From Octopus sinensis (lineage: Eukaryota): a stretch of DNA of 64,000 nt. The position numbers and the translations under genes are program-made. The notes below the pieces were generated by a model, which searched no databases, was not told where the DNA came from, and worked only from the letters and a program-made list of their open reading frames with translations. The stretch covers positions 27,156,001 through 27,220,000 of the forward strand of contig NC_043007.1 of NCBI RefSeq assembly GCF_006345805.1. Direction: 5' to 3'. Shown here piece by piece: positions 1 to 14,131 of this stretch (within the stretch, counting starts at the first letter, position 1; every line of letters begins with the position of its first letter).

Positions 1-1955
1 GGGATAACCTTGCCACACACACAGAGTCGAACTGAGTATAAAAATATTGGTTGCCAGGAGACTAAGGCGGCCCACCCGCAACTACAATATTATCATTCAA
101 TTTCAGTTTTTATTAGAAGTATTCTTTTCAACAGGCTACAAACAGAGCCAGGCTTGAATATTTATTGTATTCTTCCATGAATGAATAAAAAATTCTCAAA
201 CTTGAGGGGATTAGCCCCTTAGATACTAACATGGGTCTCCATAAATGGATTCTAATGGCGCAGGGGCCCATTTGCTATGAGGCAAGCTGGCAACCCGGGC
301 AGTCCGCCACTGCACAGAGGCAGACAGACAGATACACACACACACATAGACATACACGTATATATGTTATGCTGACTCTACTTGAGAAGTGTAGACTGTT
401 GACGTGTTTGTGAATGCTCGGCCCTTTACACATTGATTCAAGGGCAGGTAATTCATTTAACCGAGTACAGAAACATTTCTCGTCGAACCACGGTGATCGA
501 TCGACTCATTACTTCTTACAAATACACAGGGACACACATATTCACCTATACCCATACAGACACTATTTCAAGCGATAATTATTTACGATCCTTCAGTTCC
601 TGAGTTCAAATCCTACCGGGATCTGTCTGGCATTTCACCTCCTCCTGGATCCAGAGTATAATTACACACCAAGAAACAGTGTCGATTAAACCGGGTATAG
701 AATACCCTTGTGGTTTTGATCTCAAATTAGAAATAACAATTATTGTTTGTGAAGAAACAATGAAATGAATAATTACAAGAGTGTAAGCTAATGACATTCA
801 CACGCACACCCACACGTCTACCCTTGCACATGCGCAATAGCAGTTTTACAAGCCCCTGCACCCACATGCCGTCGCTCCCCCTTTCTCTCGCATTCTCTTT
901 CACAAGTAGACTCACAAACGCACGCATCGTTTTTCTTTCCCGATTTGTCATCAGTTCTTCGTGTTATTTGCTGTGATTACGTCAGTAATTCTTGTTTCTC
1001 ACCCAATTCAATAATTATCACTTAGAAAGTGGCAAAGCCAAAAAGCAAACGAACGTACAATGAAGCAAAACGAAAAACCAAAAAATGGTTTACAAATGAA
1101 AAAAATATATATAAACGCAACAATAACCAAATAAGTTGCTTTTACATCAGAATCTCGAACCAAATTAGTTTTTGATATGGAACTGATTCGCCAGTTTCAT
1201 ATTAAGAAATTATTTTAATGTTAGTTCATTTGGTATGATCTACAAATTAGATAAATAACCGGGGTTAATAAGCGTTAATAGAACACATGCAGTGATGTCG
1301 ACGAAATCCCGTTTGTTTGGCACCAGATTAACGGTCGTATGAACAGACATGTTATTAAAGCAATTTAATTTTGTTTCCAGGCGAATTGGACTGAGATTGT
1401 TATTCAATCCGTCCTTCTCTTTCATTTAAGATAGCAAATTGCAACAGGAGCGAGACTTGAATGTTCTTTCAGGTAAATATCTGGCTCGTTGCATTCTGAA
1501 TTCAGATTTTATTAAGTATAACACAACATTTCATCGGTCAGTGGATGTTACAATTAAGTGGTGGTACAAAGACGAGGGCGTTAATTTAACGAAATTGATA
1601 GAATATCGGTTGCTAAGCGTTGTTATCTGCGCTCCATTTATTTGCATTTTGAGACGATGAAAACTAGGAACTGTTACGAGTCCTGTAACTCAGCCTCGGT
1701 CAACAGGCTTCCATGGTGTATCGGTGACTGGCATCACAAGATGCCCTTTCTCCCTGAAAGGGTTATTAGTCCTTCGCAGAATTACAGATTTATAGCAGAG
1801 TGAACTGGACACGCATAACAATGAAGTGGTTTGCGGAAGAAACAACGCTTCGCCTGGGGTGAGAATTGATACGATCATCTCAGGGTAGTGGGTGCAACGC
1901 ACTAATCTCTACGCCATCCAGTTTCTATATACATATATATATATATATACATACA

Positions 1956-2006
<51 letters not shown>

Positions 2007-2526
2007 TATATATATTATATATATATATATATATATATTAATATATATATATACATACATATGTGGATATGTGTGTGTTTGTGTATGTGTGTGTATCTAC
2101 AATAATGGAAGAACTAAAGGCACATCAATAAATATAATCAGAAAGTATTAAAATGATATACGTATTCTAATATCAAGATAAAAATCAATCAATCAATCAA
2201 TAAATAAATATGAATATATATATATAATATATATACATATAATATATACATATATATATATATTATATATATATTATATATATATATATATATATATCTG
2301 TGTGTGTGTGTGTATGTATATATATATATATAATTTATGCGTATGTGTGTAGCTGTGTGACTGTGTGTATGTGGTATTGATTTTTTTAAATCGTATGAAT
2401 TCAAATATTAATCTGAAATACTTTGAACAAGACAATTGTAATATTTAATATGCATACACACACGTGAAAATATTTCTTTTATAAATAGTATTGATGGGTA
2501 CGCATTTGTATACGTATAGATATACA

Positions 2527-2598
<72 letters not shown>

Positions 2599-2836
2599 TA
2601 CATATTTATACCGGCGTATATATATATATACGTGTAAATAATTTAGCATTATATTCTTATTCAAAGAGAATGTAGTGCAGTTGTATATTTTTCTAATATT
2701 TTGGATTCTGCCACACGATTTAACATATTTATACGCGTATGCAAGCAAACGCCATAGTTATACTAATTTATATTAATATTGCATATATCCGTAAGAAACA
2801 GTCTTTTTACGTACACAACATCATATATACACACGC

Positions 2837-2888
<52 letters not shown>

Positions 2889-2915
2889 ATTGGTGTATAC
2901 GTATTAAATGATTGG

Positions 2916-2974
<59 letters not shown>

Positions 2975-3661
2975 TAGATAGAAACGCATACAGATGTGCG
3001 TACTCACACACATAGATATGAGTACAGAAATATATACGTCTATGTTTGCATATATTTATAAATACATCTACCTTTGCAAAAATAAAAATAGTAAGCCTGA
3101 AGGAACGCAGTGATATTTTTCATGCACACATACCAATATGTAACCATACCAATATACAAATATACATAAATAACATACATAATGTATTCGTGTGTATGTG
3201 TCTATGTGTGCATATGCACATACAAATACATACATACATATATATATCTTTATACGTACACACACACATATATATATACTTGGCATATATGCATCTTTCT
3301 CTCTCTCTCTATATATATATATAAAGAAATAAATAAAAGCATACTTAATATATAATATATATATATATGTTTATATTTATGAATATATATGTATATATAT
3401 TTACGTATATATATACATAAAGAGAGAGAAACTGAAAGGGGAAGAGAAGACAAAGAAAGAGAGAGACAGACAGACAGACAGAGAGATTAGTCATACATAT
3501 CTACATAAATACGTAGCAATGTAGTTCTATATCTGTGCGTCTGTATATGAATAGAAAAGTGGAGAATACCGAGAGATAAAAAAAAATACGAAAAAGAAAA
3601 GAAAAAGTTCATATACATACATACTAAAATACAAATATACATAATAAATACATACACACAT

Positions 3662-3697
<36 letters not shown>

Positions 3698-3710
3698 TGA
3701 TGGAAGGATA

Positions 3711-3756
<46 letters not shown>

Positions 3757-3969
3757 ATGAGTGTACGTATCGATAAAATGATCTATTTGGATGGCTGATA
3801 TAAAAGGTACTTTGATCACCTTTTATGCTTTACCGATGTAAAACGATAAAGGCGTAAAGAACCAAGTATATAAATATATAAATAAACAATTATTGTGATT
3901 TAAATTCTTATTTACCTTTATTTATACTCTTTGATATTGTTACCGTTAATGATTTCCTTGTATTTCTCA

Positions 3970-4017
3970 CATTACATTATTATTACCATTGCTATATCAT
4001 TATTATTATTAGATATT

Positions 4018-4055
<38 letters not shown>

Positions 4056-4068
4056 GTATTATTATATG

Positions 4069-4102
<34 letters not shown>

Positions 4103-4350
4103 ATTATGATTACCATTATGGTTATTATCATCATTATTATTATTATCATTATTATTACCATTATTATTATTGTTATTATTATTATTACCATTATTATTAT
4201 TACCATTATTATTATTATTGTTATTATTATTGTTATTATTATTATTATTATTATTATCATCATCATCATCATCATTATTATTATTTTTTATATTAAGATT
4301 ATTAATATTACTATTATTATTTTTAGTATTATTATTATTATTATTAGCAG
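3970..4350. repeat. (ATT)n/(ATC)n microsatellite
   Basis: Direct inspection. Confidence 0.95.
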
Positions 4351-4764
4351 TAGTAGTAGTAGTAATATTGTCGTTATTGTTTTCTTTGTTCTCGTTATTA
4401 ATATTTTTTATATTTTTTTTTACTATTGTAATTTTATTTCTATCGATTTTTTTTCGTTATGCTCATCTTTTCCGTTTTACCGGCATTATACTTTTTTTCC
4501 CCTCGTTTCCTTACTCTTTCTGCATATTGTTATATTCCTACCATTTTTTTCCTTTCTCTCTCAGCATATTTTCTCCCCCCTCTCTCTCTCTCATTAATAT
4601 TTTGCTGATTCTTTCTCTTATTCATTTTTTTCTTCTTTTCTAGATTTTTGTTATCTACCATTGTATTTTCATCTTTCCCCCATATTTCTTTTTGTAGCTG
4701 ACCTTGTTGTAACAATCGAATTATTGACGATGCTTCAGTTATGCCAATCCTTTGACACCTACTA

Positions 4765-5150
4765 TCTCTTCTTCTTCTTCTTCTTCTTCTTTTACTACGT
4801 CTTCTTTTACTTCTTCTTCTTTTTCTTCTTTTACTTCTTCTCCTTCTCCTTCTTCTCCTTCTTCTCCTTCTTACCCTTCTTCTTCTTCTTCTTCTTTTTT
4901 ACCTCTTCTACTCCTTCTTCTTCTCCTTCTCCTCCTTCTTCTTCTATTTCTTCTACTTCACCTACTTCTTCTACTTCTTCTTCCTCCTCCTCCACTTCTT
5001 CTTCTTCTTCTTCTTCTTCTTCCCCCTCTTCTCCTTCTCCTTCTTCTTCTTATCTTCTTCTTCAAATCATTGGTGTTTTTCTTCTCCCCTTCTCCCCATT
5101 CTCCTTCTCCTCCTCCTCCTCTTCTTCTTCCTTGTTTTCTTCCTTTTCAT
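4765..5150. repeat. (TTC)n/(TCC)n polypyrimidine tract
   Basis: Direct inspection. Confidence 0.95.
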
Positions 5151-5261
5151 ATTTCCTGATGCTGTCCTTCATCTTCTTTTCCATTTGTTCTTTTTCTCCG
5201 CCATATCTTTCGTTATATCCTTCGAAATTCTGCTTTATATTTTTCCAGCAATACATACACA

Positions 5262-5315
<54 letters not shown>

Positions 5316-5408
5316 GTATGTATGTATTCATGTATTTGTGTGTGTTGGATATTGTCTCTCATCTTAATTTTTATAACACCTATGACAATATCGATAATAA
5401 TGATAATA

Positions 5409-5471
<63 letters not shown>

Positions 5472-5749
5472 GTAATAATAATGATAACAAAGGCACACTT
5501 TAACAACAACGACAACAACATTCACTGTTATTACAGATCCTCATTAGAACACACTTTGTCTTGTAGAGTTTCTATCACGATAAATATATTTTTGTTTTTA
5601 ATCTTGTTGTTGTTAACATTGTTACTGTATCATGTTATTGTTATAATCACCAACACTCATTTGTTGTTGTTGTTGCTGTCATTGTTCTTCTTGTTTTTTC
5701 ACCTCCTTCTTTTCCCTCTTCTCATTATTATTATTAATTATTATTATTG

Positions 5750-5790
<41 letters not shown>

Positions 5791-6009
5791 GTCCCTTCCA
5801 TTCCTCCTCCACCGCCTCCACTTCCTCCCCCTCCCCTCCTCCTTCATCTTCTTTGTTTTTTGTCTCCTCTTCCACTTACTCCTCCTTCTCGTTATATTAT
5901 TGTTAGTATTATCGTATAGGTTGGTTGTAAGAACGTAGATTGGCAAAGCAGATCTCACAAACTGAAAGAAAAAGTAGCAGCTGAATTCTTAGGAGAATTA
6001 TTAGTTCTA

Positions 6010-6080
6010 TAAAAATAATAATAATAATAATGATAATAATAATGATGATAATAATGATGATAATAATAATAATAATAGTA

Positions 6081-6120
<40 letters not shown>

Positions 6121-6154
6121 TAAAAATAATAATAATAAAATTATTATCATCATC

Positions 6155-6186
<32 letters not shown>

Positions 6187-6188
6187 TA

Positions 6189-6225
<37 letters not shown>

Positions 6226-6310
6226 CATTATTATTATTATTATTATTATTACTATTACTATTATTATTATTATTATTATTATTTTTATTAGTAGTAGTAG
6301 TAGTAGTAGT
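6010..6310. repeat. (AAT)n followed by (ATT)n: self-complementary compound microsatellite
   Basis: AAT units ~6010-6138 switch to ATT units ~6140-6285. Confidence 0.9.
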
Positions 6311-6572
6311 ATTCGCATGTTAGTAGTAACTCTGATATTTACCACGCATAACGTGAGAAAGTGGTGTCAGATATGAAAAGTATTTTGCAGTTATCGTGTG
6401 GAACCCAGTAAACAAAAATCATGAAAAACAGCGATTTTTCGCAGGAACGGTTATCTCCCACAGTGTATGCTTGCGATGCAAATACAGAAATTAGCAAATT
6501 ACTTTCGACAGTACCCAGAATTTAAATGGACATAAAAAAATAATATGAAATACGAGTACCTTATTTATATAT

Positions 6573-6987
6573 AGGCGCAGGAGTGGCTGTGTGGTAAGTA
6601 GCTTGATTACCAACCACATACATCCGGGTTCAGTCCTACTGCGCGGCATCTTGCGCAAGTGTCTTCTGCTATAACCTCGGGCCGACCAAAGCCTAGACAT
6701 TGGATTTGGCGAACGGATTTTGAAAGAAGCTAGTCGTATACACACACACACACACACATATATATATGTGTGCGTGTGTGTCTGTGTTTGTTCCCCACCA
6801 TAGTTTGACAATCGATTTTGGTGTGTTTACCTCCCCGTAACTTAGCGCTTCGGCAAATGCGACCGATACAACAAGTACTAGGTTATGCGTACAAAGAAAA
6901 TGTCCTGGATTCGATTTGTTCGGCTAAAGGCGGTGCTCCAGCATGGCCGCAGTCAAATGATAGAAATAAATAAAGGAATAAAAGAAT
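6573..6987 (+). mobile_element. tRNA-derived SINE family A (CORE-like central domain, internal TA/CA tract)
   Basis: A-box-like GGCTGTGTGG and B-box-like GGTTCAGTCC; CORE-like CATCTTGCGCAAGTGTCTT; 3' GGCGGTGCTCCAGCATGGCC tail; five copies in the window. Confidence 0.85.
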
Positions 6988-7178
6988 ATATATATATATA
7001 TATATGGGGGGAGGGGTATTTGTTTATATATCTTTAATTTGCGGAGTTGACTGGTACTCATCAATAAGATAAGTCATGCTCCTACTTTTCTTTAATGCTG
7101 TTAAATCTTATCAATTATTTATAAATGTATAGTGTAAGTATAACGTCTTCATCTATGTTGTAAATTTATTATATGTTA

Positions 7179-7291
7179 TTGAGACCTGAAGAGTGGCTAT
7201 GCATCGTTGGATGGAAGAAATATTTATTTTTGATATTATCGATTTTGATATCGTAGATTTGTATACATAGTCACGAAACGCGTCGTTTTAA
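7179..7291 (+). ncRNA. Type I hammerhead ribozyme in an AT-rich, (TA)n-flanked Penelope-like terminal-repeat remnant (~7000-7610)
   Basis: Stem I TTGAGAC(7179-85)/GTTTTAA(7285-91) with 2 G-U; core CTGAAGA 7186-92; stem II GTGGCTATG/CATAGTCAC 9 bp with ~64-nt loop; GAAA 7275-78; palindromic stem III CGCG; GUC cleavage after 7284. Confidence 0.8.
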
Positions 7292-7904
7292 CGTGTATTA
7301 TTTAGTATAGAAATTTTCAGTACAATATAAATAATAATGTCGTTTTAATGTGCATTTTTTAAATTTGTATTAATTAATATGGGAATTTGTAGTACAATGT
7401 TAATAATAATACATTTAAATTTATATTTCATTACAGATAATATCTTTCATTATTGATTGAATTACTTAATGGAGGTTCTGTCTTTTAATTCTCTATATAT
7501 ATTTAATATATGGTGAAATTTCATTTAGTATTACTAAATTAAGTTTGTTTTCTCCTACTGCCTTGGAATTTTAAATTCCCTACTATTAATAGTTAAATAT
7601 ATATATATACATATGTTAAGTCAGTTGTAATAGCAACCGGCTGAGAGATACTCGTGTCAAATGAATACACTGGGGTATACCTATATTTAATCATGAGCAT
7701 TGGTGTTAATGCTATGTCGGTCGAATGTTTCCCAGTGGTTCAGTATGTAGCATCCACTGATTAACACCGTTTTCATTTTTCCTTTCTTGTTCTTCATTTT
7801 CTTCTTCGTTTTCTATTTTTTATTCTTTTTACATATATTTTATTTACCCTTCCGCTCTGAAGTTTCGTGATTCTATTTGGTATAACTAGTTACTTACAAT
7901 AATA

Positions 7905-7917
7905 ACTACTACTATTA

Positions 7918-7977
<60 letters not shown>

Positions 7978-8010
7978 TATTATTATTATTACTAATATTA
8001 TTATTATTAC

Positions 8011-8042
<32 letters not shown>

Positions 8043-8076
8043 TATTATCATTATTATTATTACTATTTATCATTAA

Positions 8077-8118
<42 letters not shown>

Positions 8119-8205
8119 TATATAATTATTATTATTATTATTATTATCATTATTATTATTTTATTATTATTTATTATTATCATTATTATTATCATTATTA
8201 TTATC

Positions 8206-8243
<38 letters not shown>
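7905..8243. repeat. (ATT)n microsatellite
   Basis: Direct inspection. Confidence 0.95.
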
Positions 8244-8245
<2 letters not shown>

Positions 8246-8388
8246 TTGTAGTGGGTAAAACTGAGAATCACGCTAACGGAGACAGGTGTTTGTTGAGATT
8301 CCGTCTTTTTGTCATTAACTAATAAAAGATTATTGATACAAATCAATTGTTATTCACTAATTGTATCTGCACTTTCTACTTTCCTTAA

Positions 8389-8424
<36 letters not shown>

Positions 8425-8530
8425 ATATATATAAATAAAAATACGCATATATACATACATATATATACATAAAAATACGCATATATACATACATATATAT
8501 ATATATATATACATATATATAGAGAGAGAG

Positions 8531-8561
<31 letters not shown>

Positions 8562-8892
8562 CATAATAAATATACATAAATATATACTCATACACACACA
8601 CATACATATATATGCATGTATATAGATATTCATATTACGTAGGAGTCTGGAACATTTCCTCATGTGGGTGGATTTACAAAATTTCTCTCTCTCATTCGTT
8701 TTTGATATAATCGGAGGCGAATAGAATCAAAACAAAAAGTCTACCTAATAGCTTCTTCAAACTCGGAGGAAGTAAACTACAATTAGCTTGGTCATTCCTC
8801 GTGGTTAATCATATGTCAGCTACTCTATGTGTTATATATACATACATACATACATACATACATACATACATACATACATACATACATACATG

Positions 8893-8925
<33 letters not shown>

Positions 8926-8982
8926 GCTGAAATTATATATATATATATATGTATCTATCTATCTATCTATCTATATTAATAT

Positions 8983-9017
<35 letters not shown>

Positions 9018-9159
9018 CAGCAAAACAATTAAGATTCAAATGAATTCAAATGAATGTAATATTTGCAACTTTAAATAAAATGTTCTTAGTATGAAACAAT
9101 TGTAGTAAACTACTGATCCATTTTTGTAACTTTTTTCTTGGTATATATATATCATATAT

Positions 9160-9245
<86 letters not shown>

Positions 9246-9477
9246 CATTATTAATAATAATAATGATAATGATAATGCGGCTAGGAAGTTTACAGCCTTA
9301 TGTGTATAATATATATTCAAAATTGAATATGGTATTTAATATACTTCTTGCTATACGCAGTCCATCGCTCTAAAACCACAAATTACTTACTATTGAAATA
9401 CACACGACTAATGCAATAAATATAACGGAAATAGACTTATCTTGAATGGAATACAGAAGTAAGGCATGCATATATTT

Positions 9478-9533
9478 CGGCATCAATTGATTTCGCTTTC
9501 TGTAGGAAAAATCATGGTTAAACTCCTCAGCCG
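9478..9533 (-). ncRNA. Type I hammerhead ribozyme, probably inactive (G at position 17)
   Basis: Minus strand: CGG-CTGAGGA-GTTT..AAGC-GAAA-TCAATTGA-TG-CCG. Perfect 8-nt palindromic stem III, 3-bp stem I, but triplet is AUG rather than NUH. Confidence 0.6.
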
Positions 9534-9786
9534 GACCTAACACTACAGTATCTATTTCTGAAATATTCATCACATTATATCGTGTGCGTTCTTACATTTG
9601 AAAGCCCCCGCGGCATTCAAAATGAACATATCATGAGCTAATATAATTTTAAATTTAATATGTTTTATTACCATTACTAATGATAATAATAAAGTGGCTA
9701 TCACGTTTACACATTTAAAGATAAAAATATAAGCAAAAATGATTATTTGCCAACATTTGCCAACATAACATATATATATAATATAT

Positions 9787-9850
<64 letters not shown>

Positions 9851-10105
9851 GCAGGGAGCTGTGAATAACTTGTCGATTAAGTTGCACGAAAACGAAAAAA
9901 AAGACGACCTCTCATTTTTAACAGATGTATTTACGAAAATTACATAAAATTATCTTGCAGTCCTGTAGGGTAATTTTATTCAATAAAATCGCCATTGCTT
10001 CAACCACACCCTCCATACGCCTTTGGAATCCCCTGCAACTCTTCTGGACGGTCTCCTTGTTTAAGTTGGTGTATGCTGCAATAATCTCTCGCTCAACTGT
10101 AAGTT
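9851..10105 (-). mobile_element. Tc1/mariner transposon 3' remnant
   Basis: Minus-strand translation IIAAYTNLNKETVQKSCRGFQRRMEGVVEA(N)GDFIE* (one frameshift) resembles a Tc1/mariner C-terminus; terminal CAGGG next to a TA tract. Confidence 0.7.
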
Positions 10106-11865
10106 AAAAAAAATGTTAGAAATTTAAATGGAACAAAACTGAATTAAATACAGAACAATTAACGCAATTTCCAACTATATTTAGAATGTATAACGAACTG
10201 AAAGCGATTTAGTATTTGCCAGCGGATCCTATAGCAATTCAGGGGAATGGAAATAATTAACAGAACCTATTTAAGACAGAAAGGATAGTTCGCATTTTTA
10301 TAGCATTCATAGTTTAGCTTTTTGAAAAATATTCTTGGCATTTGTTTACATTCGTCACCTTGCGTTTCTGTCGGTGTTCTCCTGTTCCTCATTTTCCTCA
10401 TTTTCTTACATTTTCTCGTTGTTCCTCTTTGATCCGTGTTTTATGTCTGCCCATCCTTTCTCGGGCAGCCTGCGACAGTGATTCTTGTGAAGCCAGATTT
10501 GAAGCTAATTAATCCTTGTAAACAAATATTAATTGTTTAAGCGGGCAGACGATAAATACTTGCATGTATGCGCATGCAATGGCCGCTATAAGATAAGTAG
10601 TTCAATAACAAAAAAACAAAAATTTTCAGTAAAAACACAGCACCACCGCCACCACCGCTATCTTCCTGTCTCTGTTTTATCCCTCTCTCTCTGTACATCT
10701 CTCACTATCTACCTTTCCCTTCAGCTAATATTTTCACCACGTAATAAGCATTTCCTCTCCACCACACAGATCGTCATCAACGCTTCTCTCTCCTACTTTA
10801 CTTTTTCTCTCGGCCTCTCTTTCTCCCGTTCTTCGCCTGTACCTTCAGCTGACCCCGTGTCTATTTGGCCAAAGTTTATTAATATTAATCACCTTTCTCT
10901 ACTTTTTCTCACTTCCTTCTTCACTTCTATCTCCCTCTCTCTCTTACTACACCTCTTACTCTACCTCCACTTCTCTAAGGTATTAATGTATAACAGGCGA
11001 ACGAACAAGTATATTATTACATAGATGTTTCACGTATTAAGTGCTGCTAATTTTGGGAAATTTCTGAGGACGGTGTATAAATTACAAATACCTTAACATT
11101 GAAGATTCCAAGTTGAACGAGAAAGAGAATGCAGGATTAAAACAAGCTAGCGAAAAACAATTGATCAAAGTAAGATGGTTGGCGATCGCTGTTACAATAC
11201 AATAGATATAAAGAACAAAAACAGAGAAGGAAACGTTTTAGCTATGCCGTTTTGGCTCGTAACAGTGTAATGCAATCAAAGATGTTATCATAGAGAGGTA
11301 GTGTTCGTACATCTATAGCAAATTGGTTGATAGCCTTTGTATGTCGAATGGTTAATGGATTTGCTTTTCAGCCAGTTTTCCATTTGCGTAAACAATCTAC
11401 ATTGCTTATGTGGGGATCTACGTTAATAGCTTGCATCAGATATTGAGCAACAGGAGAAACCATTGAGGGTGTTTCACTCAAAAGTATTCTAGTCTTTATC
11501 ATCATGTGTCTTATCTTTATCGTATATATAAATCTAGGATCACACAATTGTATTATGTTAATCTTTGCAAAAAAAAAAAAATCCTAGGATGCGATTCGAG
11601 TAAGAATTTCTGCTATTTATAGAAGTTCCAGAAAGCCACGTGGAGTTTAGAATGTGACTAATTACGATACAAGAATCTTTCAAGAATCTTTCAGTGGATG
11701 CCGAAGAGTCCAACTTCCTGGAAATATGTGCTCGTAAGTATTTGTAACCATAGATGTGCAAATATTTATGTCTTGTCACGAGTAAATACACATACACAAA
11801 CACACACACAAACACACACAGACAAAAATACACGCACAGATATATGTGCATATAAATAAATATAT

Positions 11866-12093
11866 ATTTCTTTACTACCCACAAGGGGATAAACATAGAT
11901 GGGACAAACAAGGACAGACAAAGGGATTAAGTCGATTACATCCACCCCAGTGCGAAATTGGTACTATATTTATCGACCCCGAAAGGATGAAAGGTAAAGT
12001 CGACCTCGGCGGAATTTGAACTCACAACGTAACGACAGGCGAAATACCGCTAAGCATTTCGCCCGGCGCGCTAACGTTTCTGCCATCTCGCCT
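11866..12093 (-). mobile_element. tRNA-type SINE family B (tail type 1)
   Basis: Head GGCGAGxTGGCAGAAACGTTAGC, B-box GAGTTCAAATTCC, central GGTCGACTTTxCCTTTCATCCTTTCGGGGTCGAT, tail TTTGTCTGTCCTTGTTTGTCCC; >=14 copies in the window. Confidence 0.85.
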
Positions 12094-12158
12094 ATATTAT
12101 ATATATATATAGTATGCATGCCTGTACATATAAATATACTATATATATATATATATAT

Positions 12159-12206
<48 letters not shown>

Positions 12207-12580
12207 TATACATATTATAAGGAAAATATATATAAGGAAAAATTAGACGAAGTAGAACTACTACTGCTGTTTAAACAATAAAAAAATTCATATCAAACTA
12301 CCACTGCCGGCAGCCTACTACCTAGAACTCACATGGGTAAAATTGAGCGACAGAGACAAACACAAAAATGGACAATGTCCCTTGCATTTGAAAAGTATTG
12401 AAATATTTTTAAAAGAACCATTTCATTTAATTTGTTCCACAATTTAATTGTTTTCATGCTTTACTCTAAGCTGAAAAAGTCGCAAAGGCTGGAACCGGCA
12501 CTAAAGTGTTCTTCATGATAAAATTATTTAGCATTTTCTATCTTTTCTAATTTTCCTTACACACACACACACAGACATAT

Positions 12581-12611
<31 letters not shown>

Positions 12612-13165
12612 TATATATATGTTCTGTGTGGTGTGTGTTGTTCGTGGCTATCTGTCAAGATAAGCATATATCTATGAATGTATGTATCTAACTATCTCTA
12701 TGTACGAATCTGTCTAATCCATATTTATGTATGCATATAAAACATTAATGTGCGTTTGAGGACATATCGCCATAAGTTTTCTTAAGTATATCTACATAAA
12801 ATATTTACAACAGGCTGTATTTATGGTATTTCTGAGAAGGGTAACTAAATATATATCTTTATGTGGGTGCATATAACAAAAAAAGTGATAAATGTATACA
12901 TAACCCAGGCAACCGCGCAATAAATACTGTTTTCTCGTTTGGCCTTTCTTGGACATTGATATCCATCATGAATGCTTGTGTGTGTTTGTCCAGCAAAACT
13001 TGATGTCACACATTGTACAAGCATAAGTGAAAAAAACCCAAAAAACAAAAAAACAGGTGAGTTACTGAGTCGAGGTATAAGCAACAATGACTGGTATCTA
13101 GGTCACATATTAAATATACATACATATATGAATATATATATATACATATATATATATGCATACAA

Positions 13166-13197
<32 letters not shown>

Positions 13198-13361
13198 ATA
13201 TATATATGCATTTATGTATATATAAATGTATATATATATAAATATTATATATATATATACATGTATATAAATTGATGTACATCTGATCATATATATATAT
13301 AAATATATATATGTACATTTATATATATCCTTTTAAATATATATACATATATACACGCTGT

Positions 13362-13392
<31 letters not shown>

Positions 13393-14071
13393 TTATGTAT
13401 ATTAATGCTCTCGTCCATCAATTAATGTAGCCATGCGAAGGACACACCTAGAGCTGGATCGTTAAACATACTCTAGCTCTTAGAATGCGTACTCTTAAAA
13501 TATAAACTATAAACTATGTTCGATTTAACATCGCCACTTGAAACAGCCGTATACACCTAAAAAAACATACATACAGGCAAACATATATGTATGCAATCAA
13601 CCATCCATCCATATACACATATAATAAGCATACGTATACAAACAAACATGCACACACGTACGCACAAACACACAAACATTTGTGTGTGTGGAAATATATA
13701 TATATTTACACACACATGTATACATACGTGTATATATAAATAGATATATATGCTTATATATGCACTAAGATGTGTGTGGTGTGTGTGTACGATCAAATGT
13801 ATATATGTATATATTTACATAAATGTTTACGCAGATACAGGAAAATAAATTACTCTCTACACAAAAAAATAGTTGAATATAAACGTACTCGTTATGTTTC
13901 ACTCTACACACACACGAATACACACACACACATATGCATATAAAATGTGTATACATATATCTATGTGTATATATATATAATATAATGTGTATACATATAT
14001 AGTACGTATAAATATGTGTGTGTATATATAAAACATACATGCAATATTTATATATCTGTATATCTACCTAC

Positions 14072-14131
<60 letters not shown>

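Noticed and set aside
49-296. GGTTGCCAG ... CTGGCAACC inverted pair resembling hAT/MITE termini
   Set aside because: Only 9 bp, no 8-bp TSD evident, no second copy in the window.
920-955. CTGATGA on the minus strand followed by GAAA
   Set aside because: At most 1 bp of stem II, and no stem III, NUH or stem I.
6573-6650. tRNA-like A/B boxes here and in other SINE heads
   Set aside because: No complete cloverleaf, and they continue into repeat bodies, so they are SINE heads rather than tRNA genes.
9085-9115. GAAACAATTGTAGT, like the 3' half of a hammerhead
   Set aside because: No CUGANGA core or stem II upstream; at best a very old remnant.
11698-11735. CCGAAGAGTCC...GGAAA
   Set aside because: Stem II and GAAA overlap and there is no stem III or stem I.
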